A DNA stretch of 64,000 nucleotides from an uncultured delta proteobacterium (GTDB lineage Bacteria > Desulfobacterota > Binatia > UBA9968), in the NCBI GenBank assembly GCA_963760795.1, contig CAVXEP010000027.1, positions 1 through 64,000 of the forward strand, given 5' to 3'. Shown one piece after another: positions 20,089 to 31,189 of the stretch (position 1 is its first letter; every line of letters starts with the position of its first letter). Position numbers and translations under genes: made by a program. The notes under the pieces are model-generated. The model was given only the letters and a program-made list of their open reading frames with translations. It was not told where the DNA came from and made no database searches.

Positions 20089-21087
20089 ATGGATCGACGA
20101 CAACGGCGGAAAGCAATGTTGCCCTTTGCATGCTTTGCGCTGGCGCTTGGGTGGCAGAGCGCCGACGCCCAGCAGATCTCCCTGGCCTTCAGTTCCGTCG
20201 ACTCGCCCAATGCCAATTGGTATATCGCCAAAGAGCGGCAGCTTTATAAGAAATATGGTCTCGATGCCGAACTGATTTTTATTCCGTCATCGACGACGAC
20301 GATTTCCGCGGTGGTCGCTGGTTCGGTGGACGTCGGTAATATCTCCGGCGGGGCGACTGCCAACGCCGCAGTCGGCGGCGCGGGCGTGGTCGCGGTCGGC
20401 TGCTTCATCAACACCTTGCCCTACGATCTGGTCGTGCATGAGTCGATCCGCTCGGCGCAGCAACTCAAGGGCAAGAGCATCGGCATCAGCCGCGTCGGCA
20501 GCTCCTCCGACGTGGCGGCGCGGGTATTTCTCAAGGAATTGAAACTCGAGCCGGACAAAGACGTGGCGATCCTGCAGGTCGGCGGTTCGACGGAAAGAGC
20601 GGCGGCGTTTCGCACCGGACGCATCGTCGCATTTCCCGCGCCGCCGGGGGTGATTCATCTCACCCATGGCATGCCGCACCGGATTCTCGCCAGTACGGCC
20701 GATTTCCCCAAGGGGTTTCCCTTCCCCTATGTCTGTCCGACGGCATCGAAGACGTTTGTCAAGAACCAGCGCGACACCATGAAGCGATTACTGATGGCGC
20801 TGATCGACGCAACGCATTTTTACAAGACGCGCAAAGAGGAAGCCAAAAAGGTCATGGCGAAGTACACTCGCCATAGCAACGAAGCGTTTTTGGAAGCGGC
20901 CTATTTGAGCAGCGCTAAGCTTTTCGAGCAGGTGCCGCTGGTCAATCGCGACGGCATGGATGTGCAAGTCAAAGACGCCGTGTCGCGCAAACCGAGCAGC
21001 ACGCTTAAAGTCGACGATCTCGTCGACGATAGTTTGGTTTTGGAGTTGGAGAAAGAAGGGTTCATTAGCCGGATCTACAAGCAGTAA
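20089..21087 (+). CDS. ABC transporter substrate-binding protein, NitT/TauT family
   Basis: YKKYGLDAELIFI, QLKGKSIGISRVGSSSD, DVAILQVGG. Confidence 0.85.
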   Translation: MDRRQRRKAMLPFACFALALGWQSADAQQISLAFSSVDSPNANWYIAKERQLYKKYGLDAELIFIPSSTTTISAVVAGSVDVGNISGGATANAAVGGAGVVAVGCFINTLPYDLVVHESIRSAQQLKGKSIGISRVGSSSDVAARVFLKELKLEPDKDVAILQVGGSTERAAAFRTGRIVAFPAPPGVIHLTHGMPHRILASTADFPKGFPFPYVCPTASKTFVKNQRDTMKRLLMALIDATHFYKTRKEEAKKVMAKYTRHSNEAFLEAAYLSSAKLFEQVPLVNRDGMDVQVKDAVSRKPSSTLKVDDLVDDSLVLELEKEGFISRIYKQ

Positions 21088-21165
21088 CTTTTTTGGCTTG
21101 GTCCGATTCGTAGCCACGCACCGCGGTTGGAAAAGGGTTGTTCGACCTTAAAGGTAAAGCAGCAG

Positions 21166-21564
21166 ATGGAGCAGAAGTATTTTTATGCATTGCTGATCAT
21201 TCCGCTGATGCTGGCGCTTCGCGTCGCGGCGCATTTTCTCGATAAGCGGCGCATCAAAGACGAAGTGGAAGCCCGGCACGGGCGGGCGGTATCGATTGTT
21301 TGGAATCCATTTGGACGCGGCTGGTTTTTTGAGAAAGGCGAACGTCATTACGATGTGACTTATGTCGATCGCCACTCGGGCGGCACGGTTACCGCAGCCT
21401 GTAAGACTAGCATGTTCACCGGAGTCTATTGGGCCGATGGCGAGACAGCTGCGGAAGCGCCGCGGCGCATCTTGTCGCACCGCCGCTGTGCGAAATGCGG
21501 CTACACGATTCAGATCGAATGGCGCGCCTGCCCGAACTGCGGTAAGGCGACGGAGTTCGCGTGA
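21166..21564 (+). CDS. Membrane-anchored protein with C-terminal zinc ribbon
   Basis: N-terminal TM (YALLIIPLMLAL), C-terminal CAKCG...CPNCG. Confidence 0.7.
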   Translation: MEQKYFYALLIIPLMLALRVAAHFLDKRRIKDEVEARHGRAVSIVWNPFGRGWFFEKGERHYDVTYVDRHSGGTVTAACKTSMFTGVYWADGETAAEAPRRILSHRRCAKCGYTIQIEWRACPNCGKATEFA

Positions 21565-21762
21565 GACCTACCGGTGATACAGAATTTATAGCGAAAATTG
21601 CCTCTGCCGCGCCAAGAGTTTTTTTGCTGCGCCCGGCGAAAACAAGAATAGATCGAAAGACGCCGCGCGGGCAGCGGTCATCTCGCCGCACTGCCGGATT
21701 AGCCGGCCGATCGAATGAGATCGGCGCTCTCACGCTAAAAAAATAACCTGTCGGCGGATAAT

Positions 21763-23103
21763 TTACACAATCGGCGCGATTTCGATTTCCGCTACGGGTT
21801 TCGTTCGGGCTTGCCAGCGATAAACCACCAGGCCGAGAGCGACGCCGCCTAAGCTCACGTATTTTGTCGCCGGGTTCGACAGCGCGATACTGAGCAAGCA
21901 CAATGCTGTGGGCGGAATGCATAGGGCGATCACGCCGAAAGTACCGTACGGGATTCGATAGGGCCGCGCCATCTTTGGCTGCTTGACCCGCAGCCAGACC
22001 AGCGCGGCGAATTCCAAAAGCAACGCGGCTGCGTAAAGAAACATGTCGACTTCGATCAATTCCTGAAACGAAAATGGCATGAGTAGCGCGACACCGGCGC
22101 TGTTGATGAGAATCGCGCGCCATGGCGTGTCGTAGTCAGGGTGAGTTGCCGCCAACGCTCGTGGCAACATGGTGCGCCGCGCCATGGCGTAGGGGACCCG
22201 CGCCGAGGTGCAGAGCAGAGCGCTGAACATTCCCGCGGCGCTGACTAGTGCCGCGGCGGTGAGCCAAATACCCAGCCATGAGCCGCCGATCTGCGCGGCG
22301 ATCTTGGGCAGATAACCTTCCTTCCACTGCGTCCAATCGGAGTCGACCCCCGTGCCCACCGCCAGCGGCAGCAAGTAGGCCGCGGTGACCAAGACTACGG
22401 TAATCATCATCGCGCGCGGGTAGACGCGATTGGGCGCGCTGACCGCGCCGGCGCAGCAGCCGGCGTTGTCCCAGCCCGAGGTGTTCCACAAAAGTACGCT
22501 TAGCAACAGCGGCCAGTCGGTGGCTGCGGTGCGCTGGAGCCAGTTGGCGGGCGACACTTGCGGCAGGCCGAGAACCAGCATCACGGCGAAGGGCGCAAGC
22601 ACAAGCGCGGCGAAGACGATCGAAGTTACGCCGACCAAGCGCGTGCCGCGAATGTTGAGCCAGGTGATGACGCTGATAAGCGCAGCGGCGATGAGCCAGC
22701 GCTCCAACGGCGCCATGTCGCCGCGCAAGTACGCGAGATAGTCGACGAACATCACCGGATAGAGCGCGTTGTCGGCGAAGCTGCACAGCCAGCTCAGCCA
22801 GCCTTCCTGAAAGCCCCAGAATCTACCGAAGGCTTTTTCCACCCAGACAACGTAACCGCCGTCCTCCGGCATGGCGGTCGACAATTCCGCGGTCATCAAC
22901 GCCGTCGGCAAACTCCAGAGCCAGGGGAGTATGGCGATGCCCAAAAGCACCACGAGCGGGCCGGCGGCGCCGACACCATCCTCCAGGCCATAGGCGCCGC
23001 CGGCGACACAAAAAAAAGTCAAGCCGACGAGGCCGGGGAGATTCAAACCGCGCCGGGATTCACCGTGCGCCGGCGCGTTAGATGCGGAGCTTGGCGATGA
23101 CAT
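21763..23103 (-). CDS. APC family amino acid/polyamine permease
   Basis: FFCVAGGAYGLED, ALMTAELSTAMPEDGGYVVWV, LLWNTSGWDN, RPYRIP; ~12 TM. Confidence 0.9.
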   Translation of the reverse strand: MSSPSSASNAPAHGESRRGLNLPGLVGLTFFCVAGGAYGLEDGVGAAGPLVVLLGIAILPWLWSLPTALMTAELSTAMPEDGGYVVWVEKAFGRFWGFQEGWLSWLCSFADNALYPVMFVDYLAYLRGDMAPLERWLIAAALISVITWLNIRGTRLVGVTSIVFAALVLAPFAVMLVLGLPQVSPANWLQRTAATDWPLLLSVLLWNTSGWDNAGCCAGAVSAPNRVYPRAMMITVVLVTAAYLLPLAVGTGVDSDWTQWKEGYLPKIAAQIGGSWLGIWLTAAALVSAAGMFSALLCTSARVPYAMARRTMLPRALAATHPDYDTPWRAILINSAGVALLMPFSFQELIEVDMFLYAAALLLEFAALVWLRVKQPKMARPYRIPYGTFGVIALCIPPTALCLLSIALSNPATKYVSLGGVALGLVVYRWQARTKPVAEIEIAPIV

Positions 23104-23236
23104 GTTGCCGCGCAGCATAGCGAGCGAGGTTTCGCCTTGTCAATTGAAGCGCGGTGGTTGGTCTGGTGATTCCTTTGTCGGCGCCGGTCAAAGCTGATAT
23201 CTTCGATTTACTTTCCTTCCCATCGATTTTCCATTT

Positions 23237-24610
23237 ATGGCTAAACGCCGCGCCACGTCTAAAGCCAAGCGATCGATTCGCCAGCTGAACAGCCATGTAT
23301 TCGAGCAGTTGCTGGAAGCCGAGCTCGATGAGCTGACGCGAGTCAAGCGTTGGTGCCACGCTGCCCTCAAGATCGCGGTGATGGTGTGGCAGGATTTTTT
23401 TGACAACCTGGTGAAACTCCAGGCGATGGCGCTGGCCTTCAAAACGCTGTTGTCACTGGCGCCGCTCCTGGCGGTGCTATTTTCGATCCTCAAAGCCTTT
23501 GGCGTGCACAATCGCATGGAGCCGGTGATGGCCGAGGCGCTCGTGCCGCTGGGCGACAAGGGCCGGGAGATTACCGCGTATCTGATCGGTTTTGTCGATA
23601 AGATGAGCGCCGGCGCTCTGGGCGCGGTAGGCTTGGTGACTTTGTTCCTTACCGTGCTGTCCTTGATGCATACTATCGAAGAAGCGTTCAACCGAATCTG
23701 GCGAGTGCGCGCGTCGCGGACAGTGGCACGGAAGTTCAGCGATTACTTGAGCGCGATTCTTGTCGGGCCGGTGCTGGTATTCGCCGCGGTGACCATCACC
23801 GCGACCTTGCAAAGCAGCAACGTCGTGCGCGCGCTCTTGTCCTCCGACGCACTCGGCAAGGGGATTCTTACGCTCTTGCGGCTGGTGCCCTATCTGACTT
23901 TGTGGGGCGCGTTCACCTTCGTTTATGTGTTTATTCCCAATACACGAGTGAGGCTTCGTTCCGCCGTGGTCGGCGGCCTGATCGCGGCGATTCTCTGGCA
24001 GACCGTCGGCTGGGGCTTCGCCAAATTCGTCGCTTCGTCGACGCAGTACGACGCGATCTATTCGAGCTTCGCGATTTTACTGCTCTTCCTCATCTGGCTG
24101 CACGTCGGTTGGGTGATTGTCTTGCTCGGTGCCCAGGTGGCTTACGCGCACCAGCATATCTATTTTTTCCAAGGCGATCGCCAGTTGTTGGCGCAGAGCC
24201 CGGCGGGGCGCGAGAAGCTGGCGCTGCAGACCCTTCACTTCGTTGGGCGTAATTTTTACTATGGTTTGGATCCCATGACCGTCACCGATCTGGCGACTCA
24301 TTTAAAGGTACCCGCAGGGGTCGTCATAGAGTTTCTGGAGCTGTTCGCCGAATCCAGGCTGGTGTTAGCGGTGAACGATGGCGAGAGCTACGTTCTCGGC
24401 CGCGATCCGGAGACCATCAGCATCAAAGACATTCTCGATTGCGTTAAAAACTCCGGCAAGAAAGCGAAAGTGCCGGAAAATCGCAGCCCGGAAGAAGACG
24501 AGATCGACGATCTTCTTGGCTCGGTCGACCTCTCCGTGACGAAAGCCTTGGAGGGGAAAAGTTTGCAGAGTTTAATCCTGAGCTTGCCGCCGCCGGAAGC
24601 GCAGGATTGA
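23237..24610 (+). CDS. YihY/virulence factor BrkB family membrane protein with C-terminal winged-helix-like domain
   Basis: ALAFKTLLSLAPLL, IEEAFNRIWRV, IYSSFAILLLFLIWLHVGWVIVLLGA; C-terminal LATHLKVP..YVLGRDPETISIKDIL. Confidence 0.85.
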   Translation: MAKRRATSKAKRSIRQLNSHVFEQLLEAELDELTRVKRWCHAALKIAVMVWQDFFDNLVKLQAMALAFKTLLSLAPLLAVLFSILKAFGVHNRMEPVMAEALVPLGDKGREITAYLIGFVDKMSAGALGAVGLVTLFLTVLSLMHTIEEAFNRIWRVRASRTVARKFSDYLSAILVGPVLVFAAVTITATLQSSNVVRALLSSDALGKGILTLLRLVPYLTLWGAFTFVYVFIPNTRVRLRSAVVGGLIAAILWQTVGWGFAKFVASSTQYDAIYSSFAILLLFLIWLHVGWVIVLLGAQVAYAHQHIYFFQGDRQLLAQSPAGREKLALQTLHFVGRNFYYGLDPMTVTDLATHLKVPAGVVIEFLELFAESRLVLAVNDGESYVLGRDPETISIKDILDCVKNSGKKAKVPENRSPEEDEIDDLLGSVDLSVTKALEGKSLQSLILSLPPPEAQD

Positions 24611-24666
24611 AGGTCGTTTCATGCTTCCGGACTGTCGCGGGGTTAGGTTCGGGCTTTTGACTCCGG

Positions 24667-26259
24667 TTACCGGCCGCGAAATAGATTCTTGAAAAATGAC
24701 GTGAAGCCTTTCTCGACAGTTTTCGGCAGGCCGGATTCGCTGAGTTTCGCGGCGTTCAGGTTCACCGACGGGTTTTCCACCGGTCCGGCGACTCTGAGGG
24801 GAACGACGATACGGCCTTTGCCGTCTTTCAGGTAGCTCACGCTGCGGCCGCGCCCGCTGCGCGCCGACGCCTGCGGGGACAGCGTGGTGCTAAGGAGAAT
24901 GTCGAGCGTCGGCTGGTCCAAAGTCATGGTGCCGTTGCCGGTTACCTCCATTTGCGGATTGACCAGATAAAGCCGCGAGAAATCGGCGACGCCGCCACCA
25001 ATAGTGAAGTCCCCCTCCATGGTTTTGAAAGTCGTCGCTTCGCGCTGCTGGTCCGGCGACAAGCCGATCATGCCGGTGACGCGCTGAACTTTCTTGATCA
25101 GGTTGACATTGGTCAGCTCGCCATCGCGGGCGACCAGTTTGCCGCTGCCTTGCAAGCGCTGACTCACCCGGCCGCCGCCGAACGGTAGCCGGAGATTGAC
25201 CTCGCCGGTCAAGTTGCCCTTCAAAGCGCGCTTGCCTTTGACGTAAACGTCTTTGAAAACGCCGCGTATCTCGGTGACCAGCGCGTTCGATGGACCGGCA
25301 ATTGTCATGTTCAGCGCCATCGGCCCAGAGATTTCCGTGTCGCCGGGTGCGAGGCCAAAGACCGACAGGATCTGGAAAATTGGCTTGGCGTCGACATCGT
25401 CGCTGTTCAAGGTCAGATTAACTTTCGGCGTCGTCCCCAGGTTGCTTACGCTGCCTTGGACCGGAAGTGTCAGGTCGTAGATTTTCAAGCGGTTATTCTT
25501 GAGCTCCAGCAGCGCCTTTTCTTCCTGGTAATTCAATTGGCCTTCGAGCACGACAGCTTTGAGTCCGGGATATTGGAACGCGGCGCGAAAGGGAAATGGC
25601 GAGTCGCCGGACATTTCTTGCAGGGTCAACTCGATGCCCTTGATGTTGACCGGGGTTTGGCCTTTGGTGACCAGATTCATCTGGCCATCGCGGATGCTCA
25701 TGCGGCTGGGCAGTGCCAGCGGGATGACTTCGACCTTTTTGCCGCCGTCAGTTTTTTTTCTGACCTCACGGCGCGGTGCCGCCGGAGTTTTTTTACCGGC
25801 GATATCGGCGTAATTGAAACTGCCGTCCGCTTGCTTCAACAGATTAAAAATCGGCTTGTCGAGCACCAGCTCGGTGACTTCGAAGCGGCCGCGCAGCAAG
25901 GGTAAGAACTTCAGTTTGAGCTGTACCTGATGTGCGGCGAAGAAAGTGTTATCAGCGTACGACTGGCTGTCGGAGACGCGCAGCTTGGAAATTTGGATCG
26001 ACGGCGTCGGCACCAGGCGCAAGTGCACTTCGCCGACATCGATGCGCCGGCCGAGAGCGTCTTCGACGAGCGGCAGATAAGTTGCCTTAAACAGACCCAG
26101 GTCGACAAAGTGGGGTATGACGAGCAGGAGGGTGAGCAGTGCGGCAAATGCACCGCCGCCAAACAGCAGGCCTTGTTTAAACTTATTGTTTCCGGCGGTG
26201 AGAGCGCGTGCCGGTGTCGTCGCCGCGTCTGACATGGTTGGGTACCTATTGATAGCCAT
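24667..26259 (-). CDS. AsmA family protein
   Basis: N-terminal anchor, VEDALGRRIDVGEVHLRL, LPLLRGRFEVTELVLDKP, C-terminal VPLRVAGPVENPSV. Confidence 0.8.
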   Translation of the reverse strand: MAINRYPTMSDAATTPARALTAGNNKFKQGLLFGGGAFAALLTLLLVIPHFVDLGLFKATYLPLVEDALGRRIDVGEVHLRLVPTPSIQISKLRVSDSQSYADNTFFAAHQVQLKLKFLPLLRGRFEVTELVLDKPIFNLLKQADGSFNYADIAGKKTPAAPRREVRKKTDGGKKVEVIPLALPSRMSIRDGQMNLVTKGQTPVNIKGIELTLQEMSGDSPFPFRAAFQYPGLKAVVLEGQLNYQEEKALLELKNNRLKIYDLTLPVQGSVSNLGTTPKVNLTLNSDDVDAKPIFQILSVFGLAPGDTEISGPMALNMTIAGPSNALVTEIRGVFKDVYVKGKRALKGNLTGEVNLRLPFGGGRVSQRLQGSGKLVARDGELTNVNLIKKVQRVTGMIGLSPDQQREATTFKTMEGDFTIGGGVADFSRLYLVNPQMEVTGNGTMTLDQPTLDILLSTTLSPQASARSGRGRSVSYLKDGKGRIVVPLRVAGPVENPSVNLNAAKLSESGLPKTVEKGFTSFFKNLFRGR

Positions 26260-26362
26260 TATACGTCAATAGCCGGCTAATCCAAATAATTAGATTGTGC
26301 CGGCGGGTAGCCAGGCTAACAACTATTTGTTAGCATGCGGTCCCTGAAGGGTTCACAACCGC

Positions 26363-27327
<965 letters not shown>

Positions 27328-27331
<4 letters not shown>

Positions 27332-28575
27332 TCCGGACACTGGCGGTGCCCGGACTCTGTCTTTATATCGCGGCGAGCTGCGTGCTCGCCTTTTACTTTC
27401 CGCAGTCGGTGCTGGCGTTTTTGCTGGTCGAGGCGTCGCTGCTTTTGCTCTATTACTTCCCAGTAAGCGGCCGGGTGAAAAATCTGCTCGGCGCGCTGGT
27501 GTTGTTGGTGTTGCTGCCGGTCTTGGGTTTTTCGAATGCCTATTATTTCGAGATCGCGATTCAGATCGGCATCTTCGTCGCGCTCGCCCTGGGGCTCAAC
27601 ATCGTCGTTGGTTTTGTCGGTTTGCTCAATCTTGGTTTCGTCGCCTTCTATGCCATCGGCGCCTATCTGTGGGCGGTGTTCGGCTCGCCGCAGGCAAACC
27701 ATTTCATCGCCGGCGGCTGGTTTCCGCTGTCGCCCAATTGGTTTTTTGTTTTTCTGATTCTCAGCATTGCCGTCGGCGCCGCCACCGGCGCGCTGTTAGG
27801 ACTGCCGGTGCTGCGGCTGCGCGGCGATTATCTCGCCATCGTCACGCTCGGCTTCGCCGAAGTGGTGCGCGCCCTGGTCAACAATTTAGACAAGCCGATC
27901 AATCTGACCAACGGACCCAAGGGCATCGCGCCGATCGCCAAACCGCCGCTGTTTTTTAAGCCGCTGCTGGAATTCTTCGGCGTGCAGGTTGCCGACGCGG
28001 CGCTCTATCCGCTGTATTTCTACTTTCTCGTCTTGCTGCTGGTGTTTACGATTATTCTCGTTACTCAAAGACTGGAGAACTCGCGCGTCGGCCGGGCCTG
28101 GAAAGCGATTCGCGAGGACGAGATCGCCGCATCCGCGATGGGGGTTCCCGTCGTGCGCATGAAGTTATTGGGCTTCGCCGTCGGCGCCTCGTTCGCTTCC
28201 GCCGTCGGCGTGTTGTTCGCCGCCAAGCAGGTGTTTATCAATCCCGAGAGCTTTACCTTCATGGAATCCATCGGTGTGTTGGCTATGGTTATTATGGGCG
28301 GCATGGGCTCGGTGCCCGGTGCGATCCTCGGCGCCACCGGGGTGACGATACTGAATTTGCAACTCCTCAAAGGGCTATCGCTTTGGCTCAATGGCCTGCG
28401 CCAATCCGGCGCCGTCTGGTCGATCCCGCTAGTCGGCGATTTGGCGCTGGCGAACCTGCCGGCGCAGTTCGAGCCGGCCAAATATGAGCGCATGATCTTC
28501 GGCCTGATCTTGATCGTCATGATGATTTTTCGTCCCCAGGGGATATTGCCGCCCAAGCAGGAGCAGAGGAAATAA
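27328..28575 (+). CDS. livM: Branched-chain amino acid ABC transporter permease LivM
   Basis: LGLNIVVGFVGLLNLG, RLRGDYLAIVTLGFAE, GRAWKAIREDE. Confidence 0.9.
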
Positions 28576-28580
28576 CCAAG

Positions 28581-28731
28581 GAAAATTCGAAATTCGAAAT
28601 CCGAAACAAATCCAAATGACCAAAAAACGCAATGTTCCAAACAACCCTGATGCGGATTCCTCGTTTTGGAATTGCTCGGGTATTGTCTTATTTGGCTGCG
28701 GTTTGTTTCGGATTTCGATATTCGGATTTTG
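28581..28731. repeat. Inverted heptamer-array element inside the liv operon
   Basis: AAATTCGAAATTCGAAATCCGAAACAAA (~28583-28610) vs TTTGTTTCGGATTTCGATATTCGGATTT (~28702-28729); inner arm TTCCAAA/TTTGGAA. Confidence 0.8.
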
Positions 28732-28811
28732 GTTAAAGTATGCTTGGCGTCTATGCGCGAGATACTTTTATACGACTGCCAGCGGCAAAAAGTGGCAAGT
28801 AGGAACTGAAG

Positions 28812-29597
28812 ATGGCTTTGCTCGAACTGCGTGACATCTCCAAACGCTTCGGCGGCCTGCAAGCGCTGTCGCTGGTCAGCATGAAGATCGAAGAGGGCAT
28901 GATCGCATCGCTCATCGGTCCCAACGGCGCCGGTAAGACGACGCTGTTCAATACCCTGACCGGGATCTATCGGCCGGACCAGGGCGAGATTCGCTTCCAG
29001 GAACGGTCATTAATCGGTCTGAAGCCTGAATCGATTACCGGCGCGGGGATTAGCCGGACGTTTCAAAATATTCGGCTGTTCGCGCATATGAGTGTGCTCG
29101 ACAATGTCTTGGTCGGCATGCACACCCGTCTGCATTCGAGCTTGGCGGATATTTTTCTGGCGTCGAAAAGATTTTATGCCGGCGAGAAGGCGGCGCGCCA
29201 GCGCGCCCATGAGCTGATCGAGCTCACCGGCCTCGGCGGCCGCGAAAACGAATGGGCGCAGCAGCTATCTTATGGCGAACAGCGCCGCCTGGAAATCGCC
29301 CGGGCATTGGCCGCCGCGCCGCAGTTGCTTTTGCTCGACGAGCCGACCGCCGGGATGAACGCCAGCGAGGCGCAGTCGTTGATGGCGCTGTTCAAAGATC
29401 TCATGGGCCGTTACGTCAAAGCGATCCTCTTGATCGAACATAACATGCGCGTGGTCATGGGCGTATCGGACTGCGTTCATGTGCTCGATTACGGCGAGAA
29501 GATCGCCGAGGGCAATCCCGACGAGGTGCGCCAAGATCCGCGCGTCATCGAGGCTTATCTGGGAACCGGCGATTGGTTGAAAAATGCTCAACGTTGA
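28812..29597 (+). CDS. livG: Branched-chain amino acid ABC transporter ATPase LivG
   Basis: GPNGAGKTT, RTFQNIRLF, LSYGEQRRLEIARAL, LLLDEP. Confidence 0.92.
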   Translation: MALLELRDISKRFGGLQALSLVSMKIEEGMIASLIGPNGAGKTTLFNTLTGIYRPDQGEIRFQERSLIGLKPESITGAGISRTFQNIRLFAHMSVLDNVLVGMHTRLHSSLADIFLASKRFYAGEKAARQRAHELIELTGLGGRENEWAQQLSYGEQRRLEIARALAAAPQLLLLDEPTAGMNASEAQSLMALFKDLMGRYVKAILLIEHNMRVVMGVSDCVHVLDYGEKIAEGNPDEVRQDPRVIEAYLGTGDWLKNAQR

Positions 29598-30312
29598 CGC
29601 CATCCACGTCTACTACGACGCGATTCACGCGCTCAAAGGCGTGTCCTTCAGTGTCGCCCGTGGCGAGCTTGTCACGCTACTCGGCGGCAATGGGGCGGGC
29701 AAGACAACGACGTTGAAGACTGTCTCCGGTCTGCTCCGGCCACGCAGCGGCACGATTAAGCTGGAAGATGAAGCGCTCAGCGCAGTGGAGCCTCATGAGA
29801 TCGTCGGCCGCGGCGTCGCCCATGTGCCCGAGGGCCGAAAAGTATTTCCCCGCTTCACGGTGCTGGAAAATCTCCAAATCGGCGGTTACACGCGGGCGAA
29901 AAATGCTCTTGGCGCTGAGCTGGATTTTGTTTATCGGATGTTCCCGCGTTTGAAAGAGCGGCAGAAACAATACGCCGGTACGCTATCCGGCGGCGAGCAG
30001 CAGATGCTCGCCATCGGCCGCGCGCTGATGACCAAACCGAAGCTGCTTCTACTCGACGAACCGTCCATGGGACTGGCGCCGAAAATCGTCGAACAAATTC
30101 TCGAAAACATCCGAGAGATCAATAAGGCCGGCGTCACCGTATTGCTCGTCGAGCAAAACGCCGCCATGGCGCTGGCGATCTCGCACCGCGGCTATGTGCT
30201 GGAGACCGGCTCGGTGATTCTCGAAGGCAAGGCGAGCGAGTTGGCGGGCAATGATCTAGTGCGCCAGGCGTACTTGGGCGGGTGGGCAAGGCAAGATTAC
30301 AGAAGAGCGTAA
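29584..30312 (+). CDS. livF: Branched-chain amino acid ABC transporter ATPase LivF
   Basis: GGNGAGKTT, HVPEGRKVF, LSGGEQQMLAIGRAL, DEPSMGLAP. Confidence 0.92.
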   Translation: MLNVDAIHVYYDAIHALKGVSFSVARGELVTLLGGNGAGKTTTLKTVSGLLRPRSGTIKLEDEALSAVEPHEIVGRGVAHVPEGRKVFPRFTVLENLQIGGYTRAKNALGAELDFVYRMFPRLKERQKQYAGTLSGGEQQMLAIGRALMTKPKLLLLDEPSMGLAPKIVEQILENIREINKAGVTVLLVEQNAAMALAISHRGYVLETGSVILEGKASELAGNDLVRQAYLGGWARQDYRRA

Positions 30313-30385
30313 TGGCCGCATAGAGCGCAAAGGGCGCAAAAAAAGAATTTGGATTTGTCGGGGCGGGTTTAAAACCCGTCCACCT
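30311..30385. repeat. Intergenic repeat remnants: GCGCAAA-type unit plus GTAG-type REP-like hairpin
   Basis: AATGGCCGCATAGAGCGCAAAGGGCGCAAAAAAAG resembles 11514-11540; GGGCGGGTTTAAAACCCGTCC hairpin at 30361-30381. Confidence 0.6.
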
Positions 30386-30425
30386 AACTTTTAACCGAGG
30401 CGAATAACCGTTAAGCTCTAATGCA

Positions 30426-31148
30426 ATGCAATATCAAACCCGACAGATGAGTTTCGGCGGCGGCAGTGTGACGCCGGCGGTGAAGTTTCTGCTGATCGCC
30501 AACGTCGGGATGTTTGTCGTGCAGACCGTTATTGGCCTTGGCACGAACTTCCCGCTGAGCCTTTACCTCGGTCTGGTGCCGCAGTTGGTTCTCAATCAGT
30601 TTTACCTCTGGCAGCTGTTTACCTATCAGTTTCTCCATGGCGGTCTGTTTCATCTGCTGTTCAACATGCTCGCGTTGTGGATGTTCGGCTGCGATCTGGA
30701 GCGGCGCTGGGGCGCGCCGTTTTTCCTCAAGTATTATTTCGTCACCGTCATCGGCGGCGCCATCTTGAATGTTATTTTCCTGCCCGGCCAGCTTGCGCCG
30801 AGCATCGGCGCATCCGCCGGCGTCTACGGACTGCTGCTCGCCTACGGGTTGATCTACCCGGACCGCATCGTTTATTTTTATTTTCTGTTTCCGATCAAGA
30901 TGAAACACTTCGTCTGGATCATCGGCGCCATCGCGGTCTATTCTTCGGTTACCTCCGGCGAAAGCGGCATCGCTCACCTCGCCCATCTCGGCGGCATGGT
31001 GTTCGGTTATATCTACCTGCGCGGCGGCATCAATCCATGGGACCAATTCAAAATTTACCTAGACCGCCGCCGTCTCAACCGCCTGAAAAAACGCTTCCAA
31101 GTCTTCCCTGGAGGCAAAGACGACGACCGCGGGCCGACGGTGCATTGA
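30426..31148 (+). CDS. Rhomboid family intramembrane serine protease
   Basis: WQLFTYQFLHGG..HLLFNM, GASAG catalytic Ser, AHLAHLGG. Confidence 0.92.
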   Translation: MQYQTRQMSFGGGSVTPAVKFLLIANVGMFVVQTVIGLGTNFPLSLYLGLVPQLVLNQFYLWQLFTYQFLHGGLFHLLFNMLALWMFGCDLERRWGAPFFLKYYFVTVIGGAILNVIFLPGQLAPSIGASAGVYGLLLAYGLIYPDRIVYFYFLFPIKMKHFVWIIGAIAVYSSVTSGESGIAHLAHLGGMVFGYIYLRGGINPWDQFKIYLDRRRLNRLKKRFQVFPGGKDDDRGPTVH

Positions 31149-31189
31149 CGGACCGCGAGGCCGATATTTCTGAGGTTCTTTTCGGCGCA

